From Candidatus Omnitrophica bacterium CG11_big_fil_rev_8_21_14_0_20_41_12 (GTDB lineage: Bacteria > Omnitrophota > Gorgyraeia > Gygaellales > Profunditerraquicolaceae), in assembly GCA_002796135.1 (NCBI GenBank), contig PCWB01000055.1, positions 22,109-86,108 of the forward strand: 64,000 bases of DNA, in the 5' to 3' direction. Every line of letters begins with the position of its first letter. Position 1 is the stretch's first letter. A program made the translations under genes and the position numbers. Of the stretch, positions 43,883 through 53,484 are shown one piece after another. Under the pieces are notes generated by a model that was not told the origin of the DNA, did no database searches, and worked only from the letters and a program-made list of their open reading frames with translations.

Positions 43883-44702
43883 GCTTATCGCTGAAGAAAT
43901 AAAAAAAGAATTAAGTCTTACTGTGCAAACTTTAAAACAGCCTCCGGTTTTGGCCAGCATTTTAGTGGGAGCTGATCCCGGGGCGCTGGCGTATGTAAGG
44001 GGCCAGGAAAAAACTGCACAAAGTATAGGCATAACTTATAAATTGCATCAGTTGCCTGAGAGTATCTCCGAAGACGAATTAATTGATTTTATCCTTGGGC
44101 TTAACGCAGATAAAAATGTTAACGGTATCGTGGTGCAGATGCCGCTTCCTAAACACATAGATTATCGAAAGATCAGCGAGCTTGTTTCTGCAAAAAAAGA
44201 TATTGAAGGCATGCATCCGGCAAACATGGGCAAGGTGCTTTTTGGCCGCGCCAGGATCGCTGCCTGCACGGCAACTGCGGTTATGGAATTATTGAATTCT
44301 ACTGGTGTAGATCTATACGGCAAAGAGGTAGTTGTTGTCGGTCATAGTGAAATTGTAGGAAAACCGCTGGCGTTGTTGCTATTAGAAAAATTCGCCACGG
44401 TTACGGTTTGTCATATTGCTACTAGTAAAACAGACAGGCTAGAGGAGCATGTGCGCAGGGCAGAGGTTTTAATTGTCGCGGTCGGCAAACCCGGATTGAT
44501 CAAAGGTGATTGGATCAAAGACGGGGCAATTGTTATTGATGTGGGTATAAATTGCCGGGGCAATAAGATCGTCGGAGATGTAGAGTTTGCGGAGGCAGAG
44601 AAACGCGCCAGCTTCATCACTCCTGTTCCGGGAGGAGTAGGGCCGCTGACTGTCGCCATTTTAATGCGTAACCTGGTTGAAGCAGCCAAACTTCAGCAAT
44701 AA
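43860..44702 (+). CDS. folD: Bifunctional methylene-THF dehydrogenase / methenyl-THF cyclohydrolase
   Basis: FolD pattern throughout (…VQMPLPKHID…, GHSEIVGKP, PVPGGVGP). The ORF track gives a TTG start. Confidence 0.9.
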   Translation: MAKLLEGKLIAEEIKKELSLTVQTLKQPPVLASILVGADPGALAYVRGQEKTAQSIGITYKLHQLPESISEDELIDFILGLNADKNVNGIVVQMPLPKHIDYRKISELVSAKKDIEGMHPANMGKVLFGRARIAACTATAVMELLNSTGVDLYGKEVVVVGHSEIVGKPLALLLLEKFATVTVCHIATSKTDRLEEHVRRAEVLIVAVGKPGLIKGDWIKDGAIVIDVGINCRGNKIVGDVEFAEAEKRASFITPVPGGVGPLTVAILMRNLVEAAKLQQ

Positions 44703-44818
44703 ATAATTGTTAATATTTTGCTTTTGAGGTATTGAATTGGTTTTCACTCGTTGTGGTTGTATATCTTTCAAACAAAATATATATAGTTTAAAGCGGTGTT
44801 TGAAGGGGGGCTTTTGTA

Positions 44819-45196
44819 ATGGACAGTAAAATATTAGGTATTAAAGTAGTAGGTTGGTTGTATAGAATTTTGGGTGTTTTGGGTTTATTGCGCGTAGGGT
44901 CGATGCTGGCCTTAATATTTTCTAATCTTAGGAATAAATTCGAGGCTGTTCCTGTCCCTATAAATCTTTGGATATTCCTTTTATTTGATTTTACCATCAG
45001 TTTATTTCTTATAATTATCGCCAAAGGTTTATTAAGACTAGAAGAAAAATCAAGAAGATATGCTCTCTATCTTGGTTTAGGTGATGTAATTTTAGATCTG
45101 TTATCAAACCAGTTTAGGATAAGTTTCTTCACGCTGATATTTATAGCCATTATTTTTTACATTATTCACCCTAAAATAAGAGCCCAATTTAGATAA
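44819..45196 (+). CDS. Small multi-TM membrane protein, unknown function
   Basis: 125 aa and 3-4 predicted TM helices. It lies in a distinctly AT-rich 0.5-kb patch between folD and metF. Confidence 0.3.
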   Translation: MDSKILGIKVVGWLYRILGVLGLLRVGSMLALIFSNLRNKFEAVPVPINLWIFLLFDFTISLFLIIIAKGLLRLEEKSRRYALYLGLGDVILDLLSNQFRISFFTLIFIAIIFYIIHPKIRAQFR

Positions 45197-45211
45197 CTAG
45201 TACAATAGAGA

Positions 45212-46081
45212 ATGACATTTAAAGAAAAAATACAGGCAGGGAAATTTTTAATTACCTCAGAGCTTGGCCCGGATAAAGGGATCCAGACGCAAGGGCTACT
45301 TGATGATGCCGAACTTATCCGCAACAAGGTGGATGCGCTTAATGTTACGGATTTACAGAGCTCGGTAATGCGCCTGGGGTCATTAGCCGTAAGCATTATG
45401 CTTAAACAAAAAGGATTTGAGCCGATCTATCAGCTCACCTGCCGCGACCGTAACCGTCTGGCTTTGCAATCAGATCTACTTTCTGCTGCTGCATTTGGAA
45501 TTGAAAATGTTCTGATTGTAACCGGAGATCATCCTACGCTCGGGGATCACCCGCAGGCAAAACTCGTTTTTGATTTAGATTCCGTTCAATTATTGCAGGT
45601 TGCCGGAAAATTAGCAACCGGACATGATATGAACGGCAACAAATTAACCGGCGCGCCGCCGAGATTTTGCTTAGGGGCGGTGGTTAATCCGGGCTCAGAC
45701 CCTCTGGAGCCGCAAATTATGAAGATGGATAAAAAAGTTTCCGCCGGGGCTGAATTTTTCCAGACCCAGGCAGTTTTTGACCTAAAAACTTTTGAAAATT
45801 TTATTTCAAAAATAAAATATATCAAAATTCCCGTTATCGCCGGCATCGTTTTGCTTAAGTCCGCGGAAATGGCTAACTATATGAATAAAAATGTCCCCGG
45901 AATTTCAGTGCCGGATAATTTAATTAAAGAGATGAATAATAGTAAGGATAAAACAGCCACCTCGGTTCAGATTGCAGCCGGATTGATCAAGGAATTAAAA
46001 CCGCTGTGCCGGGGGATCCATATTATGTCCATCGGCTGGGGAAAAATCGTGCCGCAAGTTTTACAGGCAAGCGGATTATAG
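45212..46081 (+). CDS. metF: Methylenetetrahydrofolate reductase
   Basis: MTHFR TIM-barrel pattern (…LTCRDRNR…, LIVTGDHP). It is 289 aa. Confidence 0.8.
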   Translation: MTFKEKIQAGKFLITSELGPDKGIQTQGLLDDAELIRNKVDALNVTDLQSSVMRLGSLAVSIMLKQKGFEPIYQLTCRDRNRLALQSDLLSAAAFGIENVLIVTGDHPTLGDHPQAKLVFDLDSVQLLQVAGKLATGHDMNGNKLTGAPPRFCLGAVVNPGSDPLEPQIMKMDKKVSAGAEFFQTQAVFDLKTFENFISKIKYIKIPVIAGIVLLKSAEMANYMNKNVPGISVPDNLIKEMNNSKDKTATSVQIAAGLIKELKPLCRGIHIMSIGWGKIVPQVLQASGL

Positions 46082-48631
46082 ATGGCAAACCTTTTACCGC
46101 AGATACCCGGAGCCAGGAAAAAAGGAGTGCTTTTATTAAGCTCCGAGGATGATTTTAAGAAATTAGACGAACATTTAATTAATGATACGGTCTGCATTGA
46201 GGGGCCATTTCAGTCAGCTTTAAGGATAGCGAAATTAATTCGGGATAAACATAAGGTTTCCATTAAGCTGGTAAGTATTGGCGAGCCTAACACGCAGCTG
46301 CCTGAAGATATTGAAATAATTAACAGCTCAATCCAGGAGATCGTCGGTGAAGGCAGGGCTGAAGCGGTAAAATTTAAAGACGGGAAAGCCATAGGCGTAT
46401 GTTTAGTTTTATTCATTGATCAAGCAGTTGAATTAAAATCAGAGGAAGAAATGACTAATGTGATTGCAGAGCTTGGAATAAAAGGAACAACTGATGTGCT
46501 GGCCCTTACCCGGCAGGTTTTAGATAAGGCTATAAGTGAAAAAGGCCGGAGCGCAAAAATTGAATTTCACCAGACTAATTATCACTTGCCTTTAATTAAT
46601 GCTCTCTTAAATATTGAAGTAAAGAATCTTGGGGGTTGTTTAGCTGCTTTGCAGCAGGCTCAAGCCCTGGCTGATAATCATCCCGCTTCAACCGGCTTAA
46701 TTATTAACAGCTTAGACGGCCTATTGAATAAGGGTGTTGCTACTTTGATCTGTGAAGAGATTCTGGCGGCTCTGGCGGTATTAAATCAAGAGCATCCTAA
46801 GGAAGGAATAGGTTTTATCCCCGATAATATTTTACGTTCGCTGGGACTGCAATTAGTCGACGGGAGGATTTCCGGTATTGCCGTAATTTTGGGCCCGGCC
46901 ACTGATGAAAAATCAGCCGTAGATTTAATCCGGAGTTTTCAATCTAGAAGTATTGTTAGTTTATTGGCGGGTAACGTTAATGGCAATACTTTCAGGCAGC
47001 AGCTTACCAATCAAGGAATTCAATTAGGCCTGGATAATTATATTGTTCCCTTAGGAGATGATTATCTTTCCGCAATTTATGCGGTGAATTTTGCGGTGCG
47101 CGCGCCCTTAATTTACGGAGGCATTAAACCCGGACAATGGGAAGGGGTAGCCGATTATATCCGCAACCGCGTTCCGGCGTTTGTTTTATTGCTTAGTCAT
47201 GTGGATGAATTGTTAGTGGCGACGGGTTTAGGGGCGCTGGCTTTTGGCTTGCCGATAATTACTGATCTGGAAGTTCCGCAGCTTGGTAAAATCGATACGA
47301 CATTATTTGAAGCTTTAGTTACGGAAAAGAATTATCAGAAAATACCTTCCCGGTGTATTATTACCCGCGGGATTAAGGTTAAGATGGCCGAAGTTGCCGT
47401 TCCGGTGGCTTATGCTGCCGCATTTGAAGGAGAGCGCGTGCGCAGAGAACAGCTGGCGGTTGAGTTCGGAGGAAAAGCCAGCGAGGCGATCGAATTTTTA
47501 TCGACTAAAGAAGAGTCTGAAGTTGAGGATGGCTTAATTGAATTGATCGGCCCAGATATCGACCAGCTGCCTGCAGGTAGTAAATCTTTGCCTTTGGCAA
47601 TCATCATCGATGTTTTCGGCCGCAAGATGCAGAAAGATTTTGAGCCGATCCTTGAGCGCCAGGTCCACCGTTTTGTTAATTATGCGATGGGCCTTATGCA
47701 TATGGGCCAGCGCGATATGGTCTGGATCAGGGTATCTAAGGATGCTTTTGGAAAAGGCCTCAGATTAAAACATTTAGGGACTATCTTACATGCCATGTTG
47801 CATCAGGAGTATAGCGCAATTGTCGATAAAGTGCAGATCAAGCTTTATACCGATCAGGCGGATGTAAAGAAGTTATCCGCAGGTGCTCAAAAAATATTTA
47901 ATGAGCGCGACGAGCGATTGGCCGGGATGAATGATGAGAGTGTGGATACATTTTATTCCTGTTTATTATGTCAATCCTTTGCTTCGAATCATGTTTGTGT
48001 GGTTACTCCTGAACGGCTTGGTTTATGCGGGGCATACTCCTGGCTTGATGCCAAGGCTTCTTTTGAGATCACTCCTACCGGACCGAATCAGCCGATACCT
48101 AAAGGCAATCTCTTGGATCAAAGACTCGGGCAGTGGGATAAGATCAATGAATTTGTGCAGCAAAAATCCAATCAGACAATTGATACGGTAAGTATGTATT
48201 CGTTAATGGACGGGCCGCAATCATCCTGCGGATGTTTTGAATGTATTGTGGCGGTTATCCCTGAAGCCAACGGAGTTATGGTCGTGCATCGCGATTATGT
48301 CGGGATGACTCCTTCGGGAATGAGTTTTACTACTTTAGCCGGTTCCGTCGGAGGAGGGGTGCAGACCCCCGGGTTCCTGGGTGTGGGAAAATTATATATC
48401 TTAAGCAAAAAATTTATTTCCGCCGAAGGCGGATTAAAAAGAGTTGTCTGGATGCCTAAAGAATTAAAAGAGATCTTAGGCGACAGGTTAAAGGCAGCTT
48501 GTACCCAAGCAGGGCAGGCGGATTTATTGGATAAAATCGCCGATGAGTCGATTACTACTAATTCTGAGGAGCTTTTAGTTTTTCTGAATAAAGTATCGCA
48601 TCCGGCTTTGACCATGGATCCAATCATATAA
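46082..48631 (+). CDS. acsB: CO-methylating acetyl-CoA synthase catalytic subunit (AcsB / CdhC homolog)
   Basis: It carries the A-cluster ligand set exactly: C-x2-C-x8-C-x9-C (CLLCQSFASNHVCVVTPERLGLC) and the downstream Ni-site CGC (SSCGCFEC). There are long stretches of near-identity to Moorella-type AcsB recalled from memory (IGPDIDQ, WIRVSKDA, GMTPSGM, HPALTMDPI). At 849 aa it is roughly 120 aa longer than typical. Confidence 0.85.
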   Translation: MANLLPQIPGARKKGVLLLSSEDDFKKLDEHLINDTVCIEGPFQSALRIAKLIRDKHKVSIKLVSIGEPNTQLPEDIEIINSSIQEIVGEGRAEAVKFKDGKAIGVCLVLFIDQAVELKSEEEMTNVIAELGIKGTTDVLALTRQVLDKAISEKGRSAKIEFHQTNYHLPLINALLNIEVKNLGGCLAALQQAQALADNHPASTGLIINSLDGLLNKGVATLICEEILAALAVLNQEHPKEGIGFIPDNILRSLGLQLVDGRISGIAVILGPATDEKSAVDLIRSFQSRSIVSLLAGNVNGNTFRQQLTNQGIQLGLDNYIVPLGDDYLSAIYAVNFAVRAPLIYGGIKPGQWEGVADYIRNRVPAFVLLLSHVDELLVATGLGALAFGLPIITDLEVPQLGKIDTTLFEALVTEKNYQKIPSRCIITRGIKVKMAEVAVPVAYAAAFEGERVRREQLAVEFGGKASEAIEFLSTKEESEVEDGLIELIGPDIDQLPAGSKSLPLAIIIDVFGRKMQKDFEPILERQVHRFVNYAMGLMHMGQRDMVWIRVSKDAFGKGLRLKHLGTILHAMLHQEYSAIVDKVQIKLYTDQADVKKLSAGAQKIFNERDERLAGMNDESVDTFYSCLLCQSFASNHVCVVTPERLGLCGAYSWLDAKASFEITPTGPNQPIPKGNLLDQRLGQWDKINEFVQQKSNQTIDTVSMYSLMDGPQSSCGCFECIVAVIPEANGVMVVHRDYVGMTPSGMSFTTLAGSVGGGVQTPGFLGVGKLYILSKKFISAEGGLKRVVWMPKELKEILGDRLKAACTQAGQADLLDKIADESITTNSEELLVFLNKVSHPALTMDPII

Positions 48632-48647
48632 TCTGTGCGCATTATTT

Positions 48648-48664
48648 TTTGATTTAATTTTTCT
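48648..48664. repeat. 17-bp direct repeat TTTGATTTAATTTTTCT, left flank of the IS (target-site-duplication candidate)
   Basis: An identical 17-mer recurs at 50083-50099, immediately outside the right terminal inverted repeat. Confidence 0.5.
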
Positions 48665-50082
48665 GTAATCCCAATATGATAATGTCGTATTCTGCCAATT
48701 TAAAAATGTCGTATTCCAAGGATGCTATAATGCTCCCTCTGGAAGGAGGACATTATCGCAATGACGCAAGGAGAGTTAAAAAGGCTGCACGTAATCCATA
48801 AAGCGCTGGACAAATTAATAACCCAGGCTGAAGCGGCAGGTATTATCGGGATATGCCTAAGGCAAGCCCAGAGGATAGTAAAAGCAGTAAAGGCCCAAGG
48901 AGATAAGGGTGTAATACATAAATCCCGGGGCCAGGCATCAAACAGGGCCTTGCCGGATAAAATAAAAGATAAGGCATTAAAATTATATCAAGAGAAATAT
49001 CATGATTTTGGCCCTACTCTTGGAGCAGAGAAGCTCTTGGAAATAGATAAGATTAAAATAAATGACGAGACGCTGCGCCTTTGGCTCTTGCAAGCAGGTA
49101 TTTCCTATAAAAAGCGCAAGGCCCGTCCGCACAGGCAATGGCGTGAACGAAAACATTCATTCGGGGAAATGATTCAAATGGATGGCTCTCATCATGACTG
49201 GTTTGAGGGACGCGGCCCTGAATGCGTGCTTATGGGTTATATTGACGATGCCACAGGCAGGCCCTTTGGCAGGTTTTATTCCTACGAAGGAACTCTCCCG
49301 GCAATGGGTGGCCTCAAGCGTTATATTGAAAAGTTCGGAATACCGGTAAGTGTTTATTTAGATAAGCATCCGACGCATAAATCAACCAAGAAGCAGGATA
49401 TAGAAGACGAGCTCAATAATTTAGAGCCTTTAAGCCAATTCGAAAGGGCTAGTGAAGAATTAGGAATCCGGGTTATCCATGCTGATTCTCCTCAGGCTAA
49501 AGGAAGGATAGAGAGGCTCTTTAAGACTTTTCAGAATCGGCTGATAAAAGAGATGCGCTTAAAAGGCATTAAAACAATAGAAGAAGCCAATAAATTATTA
49601 ATGTATTATCTCCCGGCATACGCCAAAAGATTTGCTGTCCAGCCGGCTAATAATACCGACCTTCATCGGCCCGTTACTAAAAGCGTTGATCTTAACGCGG
49701 TCTTCTGCGTAAAAACAATACGGGTGTTAAGGAATGATTTTACCGTAGCTCATAATAGCAAGCTTTACCAGATAGAAAATAATTTAAATGCCAAAAAGGT
49801 AATGGTAGAAGAAAGAGCCAATAGCTCAATACATATTAGCTATAAGAGCATGGATCTTAAGTTCAAAGAGATAACCACTAGGCCAAAGAAGCAGCAGAAG
49901 GAACCGCAATCGCCTAAAATTCCAGACAACGCTCAAAGAACTGCCGCTTGGAGGCGGTTTAGATTACCGGGTTCAATAAAGTTCGAAGCCAGAGAAGAAG
50001 CTTTAGCAGGTGTTCTTTAAAAACAATGAAATACGACATTTCTAATTTGGTAACAATACGACATTTCTAATTTGGCTTGACA
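48665..50082 (+). mobile_element. Insertion sequence (~1.42 kb) with a single DDE transposase; IS481 / ISNCY(IS1202-group)-like
   Basis: Each end carries two copies of an imperfect ~21-bp inverted repeat, CCAA(A)TT(A/T)(A/G)AAATGTCGTATT (left 48670-48716; right 50031-50077 in reverse complement). The element encloses one transposase ORF and is flanked by the 17-bp direct repeats. Confidence 0.7.
48761..50020 (+). CDS. DDE transposase (N-terminal HTH, rve-type integrase core)
   Basis: 419 aa with an HTH-like N-terminus and a catalytic-core pattern (…QMDGSHHDWF…, …DDATGRPFG…, …HADSPQAKGRIER…). An RBS GGAAGGAGG lies upstream. Confidence 0.8.
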   Translation: MTQGELKRLHVIHKALDKLITQAEAAGIIGICLRQAQRIVKAVKAQGDKGVIHKSRGQASNRALPDKIKDKALKLYQEKYHDFGPTLGAEKLLEIDKIKINDETLRLWLLQAGISYKKRKARPHRQWRERKHSFGEMIQMDGSHHDWFEGRGPECVLMGYIDDATGRPFGRFYSYEGTLPAMGGLKRYIEKFGIPVSVYLDKHPTHKSTKKQDIEDELNNLEPLSQFERASEELGIRVIHADSPQAKGRIERLFKTFQNRLIKEMRLKGIKTIEEANKLLMYYLPAYAKRFAVQPANNTDLHRPVTKSVDLNAVFCVKTIRVLRNDFTVAHNSKLYQIENNLNAKKVMVEERANSSIHISYKSMDLKFKEITTRPKKQQKEPQSPKIPDNAQRTAAWRRFRLPGSIKFEAREEALAGVL

Positions 50083-50099
50083 TTTGATTTAATTTTTCT
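50083..50099. repeat. 17-bp direct repeat TTTGATTTAATTTTTCT, right flank of the IS
   Basis: Identical to 48648-48664. Confidence 0.5.
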
Positions 50100-50127
50100 T
50101 GACGAGCGCATTATAAATGTATATAAT
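50099..50127 (+). promoter_or_regulatory. Near-consensus sigma70 promoter for the TPR gene, abutting the IS right end
   Basis: TTGACG (50099-50104), a 17-nt spacer, then TATAAT (50122-50127), with the ATG at 50138. The -35 overlaps the last bases of the 17-bp direct repeat. Confidence 0.5.
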
Positions 50128-50137
50128 TAGTAAATAC

Positions 50138-50869
50138 ATGGATAAACCTATCCTGCCTAAATTCCTAATTACTATAGTTTCAATAACTTGCGTTTTATTT
50201 CTGGTGCGGCCGCTTTATGCTGAAAAGGAAAAAGACGGCTTATATTTACAAGGCAGAAGTTACCGTCAGGCAGGTTTAGAGAGCCAGCGTGTCGGTAATT
50301 TAGCCGATGCGATGGCATTGTATCAGAAAGCTATTGCCGTAGACCCCGGCTATGCGGAAGCCTATAATGATTTAGGGATCATTTATGAAGCAATGGGGTC
50401 TGCTGAGAAGGCAGAAGAGTGCTATTTAAAGGCGATTAAAATCGATCCTGCCTATATAAGCGTTTATACAAATTTGGCGCTGCTTTATGAAAGTAAGCGC
50501 GATTTAGAGAAGGCTGCCTATTATTGGAATAAGCGCGTTCAAATCGGCTCGGCGGATGATCCCTGGACGCAAAAAGCAGCCGACCGGCTTAAAGATATCC
50601 GTATAGTTTTGTCCAAGCATCCGATCGCGGATTTACGCGAGGGAGATGTGCTTAGCCTGATGCAGGATGTTTCCGCAGATAAAACTTCGTTGACCAAAGA
50701 TGACCTGAGTGCTTCCGCCAGCCATTTTAAAAAAGCCAAAGAATGTTTTAAAAAGGGGGATCTGGCGACAGCCATCAAAGAAGCCCTGGATGCCCAATAT
50801 TTAGACCCAAAAAACAAAGAGATCGAAGCCTTTATTGAGAAGACGGAATTGAGAGCACTGTCGCGATAG
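50138..50869 (+). CDS. TPR-repeat protein with an N-terminal signal/anchor
   Basis: A hydrophobic N-terminus, then at least three TPR-like units (AxxxYxxAIxxDPxYAEAYNxLG…). Confidence 0.6.
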   Translation: MDKPILPKFLITIVSITCVLFLVRPLYAEKEKDGLYLQGRSYRQAGLESQRVGNLADAMALYQKAIAVDPGYAEAYNDLGIIYEAMGSAEKAEECYLKAIKIDPAYISVYTNLALLYESKRDLEKAAYYWNKRVQIGSADDPWTQKAADRLKDIRIVLSKHPIADLREGDVLSLMQDVSADKTSLTKDDLSASASHFKKAKECFKKGDLATAIKEALDAQYLDPKNKEIEAFIEKTELRALSR

Positions 50870-50919
50870 AAGCGTACCGCAAAACATCTTTCCTTATATT
50901 GAATTCCTAATTTTTATTA

Positions 50920-53484
50920 ATGAGTAAAGAAAGTTTATTTCTGATCGACGCTACTGCATTTTGTTACCGGGCATTCTATGCCTTAAAGGATTTAAGGACA
51001 TCTTCAGGCCAGGCGACCAATGCCATCTACGGATTTTTGAATATCCTTAATAAAATATTAAAAGAGCAGAAGCCGGATCGTTTAATTTGTTGTTTTGATG
51101 TTTCACGCGATACTTTCCGGCTGGCTAAGTTTGCTCAGTATAAGATGCAAAGAGAAGCTATGCCCGATGGCCTGGTGAGCCAGATTCCCATCATCAAAGA
51201 GATTATTCGCGCCTATGGGATACCTATTTTTGAGCAAAAAGGGTTGGAAGCGGATGATATTATTGCGCATCTGGCCAGGAAGGCAGCAGCGAAAAAAATT
51301 TCCGTGACCATTGTCTCTAGCGATAAAGATATTTTACAATTAGTCGATAAGTATATTTCGGTATTTAGCCCTTATAAAGATGAAGGTATAATTTATGATG
51401 CGGCTAAAGTTAAGGAGCGTTTTGGGGTTAGCCCACAGCAGGTTAGCGATATTATTTCTCTGGTGGGAGATATTGCCGATAATATCCCGGGAGTCCCGGG
51501 GATCGGAGAGGTGACCGCAAAAAAACTTATCACTGAATTCGGTTCGTTGGATAAATTACTTAAACATATTTCCGAGGTGGAACCTGAAAAAATCAGAGAA
51601 AGTATAGTTGCTCATCTTGACCGTATAAAATTAAATAAAGAGCTGATCAGCCTGGATCGTAAAATGGAGATGAAGCTGGATCTGAATCAGGCTAAAGTGG
51701 GCAAACCGGATTATCCGGAGTTATCCCGGATCTTTAAAAAATTAGAGTTTAAGAAACTCTTAAGCGAGCTTCCTGAGACGGATGAGGAAAAAACTCCGGT
51801 TAAGCTAGAGACTTGCGGTAAACAAGAAGTAAAAGATCTGCTGAGGCATACAGAAGAGATTTTTCTTTCCGGCTCTTGCGCCGATGATCTGGTCTTTGCT
51901 ATTGACGGTAAATTATTTGATGCTAAAAGCGCCAAGGATGATTTGTATAAAGTTATCTCCAGCGTCAGGGTAAAAAAGACCGGGCATGATCTTAAGAAAT
52001 TAAAGGCCGCTCTTTTTAAAGAGGACTTAATTTTAAACGGCCTGGATTTTGATACGATGATTGCCGCTCATCTCTTAAATCCTGCGCGTTCAAGTTATGC
52101 TATTAGCGACCTGGCATTGGAAAATCTGGGTGAATTTATCCGGCAGGGTGAAAATCTCGAAGCCAAAGAAGCATTGGCGCTGATCATTAAATTAAAGCCG
52201 GTGCTGATTAAGGCTCTAAAAGAAAAAGATCTATTTAGTTTATTTTGTGATCTGGAGATGCCTCTGGTAAGTATTTTGGCTCAGATGGAGGCTGACGGCA
52301 TTAAGCTGGACCTGAAGCTGCTTAAAAACCTTGCGCATGATATCGAGCAGAGGTTGATAAAATTGATTTCAGAAATCTATGAAGCCAGCGGAACGCAATT
52401 TAATATTAATTCTCCTAAACAGCTGGGGCAGGTTTTATTTGAAAAGTTAGGGCTGCCGGTAATTAAAAAAACCAAAACCGGCCCGTCTACGGATGAAGAG
52501 GTGCTTAACCGCCTCGCCAGCCAACATGCGCTGCCTGCTCTTTTGTTAGAATACCGGCAGTTGACTAAATTAAAAAATACCTATGTTGATGCTTTACCTA
52601 AATTGGTAGACCCAAAAGACGGCAGAGTGCATACTTCTTTTAATCAGACGGTAACCGAAACCGGCAGGCTTAGCTCTAGCAACCCTAACCTGCAGAATAT
52701 TCCGGTTAAAACCGATATTGGCGCCAAGATCAGAGAGGCGATCATTGCCACGGGAAAAGATAATTGTTTATTATCCTGTGACTATTCGCAGATAGAATTA
52801 AGAGTATTGGCGCATCTTTGCGGGGATGAAACATTGATCAAGGCCTTTCGCAACGATAATGATGTCCACCGCCTGACGGCATCTTTAATTAATAATATCG
52901 CCGAAGATAAAGTTAAGGATAATATGCGCGAGGTGGCTAAAAGGGTTAATTTTGGCATTATTTACGGCCAAAGCGCCTTCGGCCTGGCTAAGGATCTGGA
53001 TATTCCGATAAATCAAGCGCAGGATTTTATTGATGCATATTTTTTACGTTATCCGAAAGTAAAAAAATATATCGAAGCTCAAATCAAACAGGCGCAGGAG
53101 CAAGGGTTTGTGACGACATTATTTGGCAGAAGAAGATATCTTCCTGAAATTAATAATAAAAATATGGGGATCAGGCAGTTTGCTCAGCGCCAGGCAGTGA
53201 ACACTCCTATTCAGGGGACGGCCAGCGACTTGATCAAGATGGCGATGATCAACATCTCAGAGCAGATCAAGGCAAAAGAGCTCAAAGCTAAGATGATTTT
53301 GCAGATCCATGATGAGTTGGTTTTTGATCTGCCGAACGAAGAATTAAAGGTGCTTAGTGAAATGGTTAAAGATAAAATGGAGCATGTTTATAAATTGAAT
53401 GTGCCGATAAAAGTAGATATGAAAAAAGGGGCAAATTGGCTTAAGATGTCGGTTTGGCGCAGCAATCAGGAGGGCTCCCGATGA
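50920..53484 (+). CDS. polA: DNA polymerase I
   Basis: 854 aa with a 5'-3' exonuclease N-terminus and polymerase motifs A, B and C (…DYSQIELR…, …KRVNFGIIYG…, QIHDEL). Confidence 0.9.
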   Translation: MSKESLFLIDATAFCYRAFYALKDLRTSSGQATNAIYGFLNILNKILKEQKPDRLICCFDVSRDTFRLAKFAQYKMQREAMPDGLVSQIPIIKEIIRAYGIPIFEQKGLEADDIIAHLARKAAAKKISVTIVSSDKDILQLVDKYISVFSPYKDEGIIYDAAKVKERFGVSPQQVSDIISLVGDIADNIPGVPGIGEVTAKKLITEFGSLDKLLKHISEVEPEKIRESIVAHLDRIKLNKELISLDRKMEMKLDLNQAKVGKPDYPELSRIFKKLEFKKLLSELPETDEEKTPVKLETCGKQEVKDLLRHTEEIFLSGSCADDLVFAIDGKLFDAKSAKDDLYKVISSVRVKKTGHDLKKLKAALFKEDLILNGLDFDTMIAAHLLNPARSSYAISDLALENLGEFIRQGENLEAKEALALIIKLKPVLIKALKEKDLFSLFCDLEMPLVSILAQMEADGIKLDLKLLKNLAHDIEQRLIKLISEIYEASGTQFNINSPKQLGQVLFEKLGLPVIKKTKTGPSTDEEVLNRLASQHALPALLLEYRQLTKLKNTYVDALPKLVDPKDGRVHTSFNQTVTETGRLSSSNPNLQNIPVKTDIGAKIREAIIATGKDNCLLSCDYSQIELRVLAHLCGDETLIKAFRNDNDVHRLTASLINNIAEDKVKDNMREVAKRVNFGIIYGQSAFGLAKDLDIPINQAQDFIDAYFLRYPKVKKYIEAQIKQAQEQGFVTTLFGRRRYLPEINNKNMGIRQFAQRQAVNTPIQGTASDLIKMAMINISEQIKAKELKAKMILQIHDELVFDLPNEELKVLSEMVKDKMEHVYKLNVPIKVDMKKGANWLKMSVWRSNQEGSR

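Noticed and set aside
44750-44815. Weak stem (AAAGC…GCTTTT) after folD as an intrinsic terminator
   Set aside because: The stem is only ~5 bp with a long loop. It is not convincing without a stronger GC stem.
50076-50081. Outward-facing TTGACA at the IS right terminus as a hybrid promoter
   Set aside because: The 17-nt-downstream hexamer is TGACGA, which is not a usable -10. The better promoter (TTGACG-17-TATAAT at 50099-50127) lies just outside the IS.
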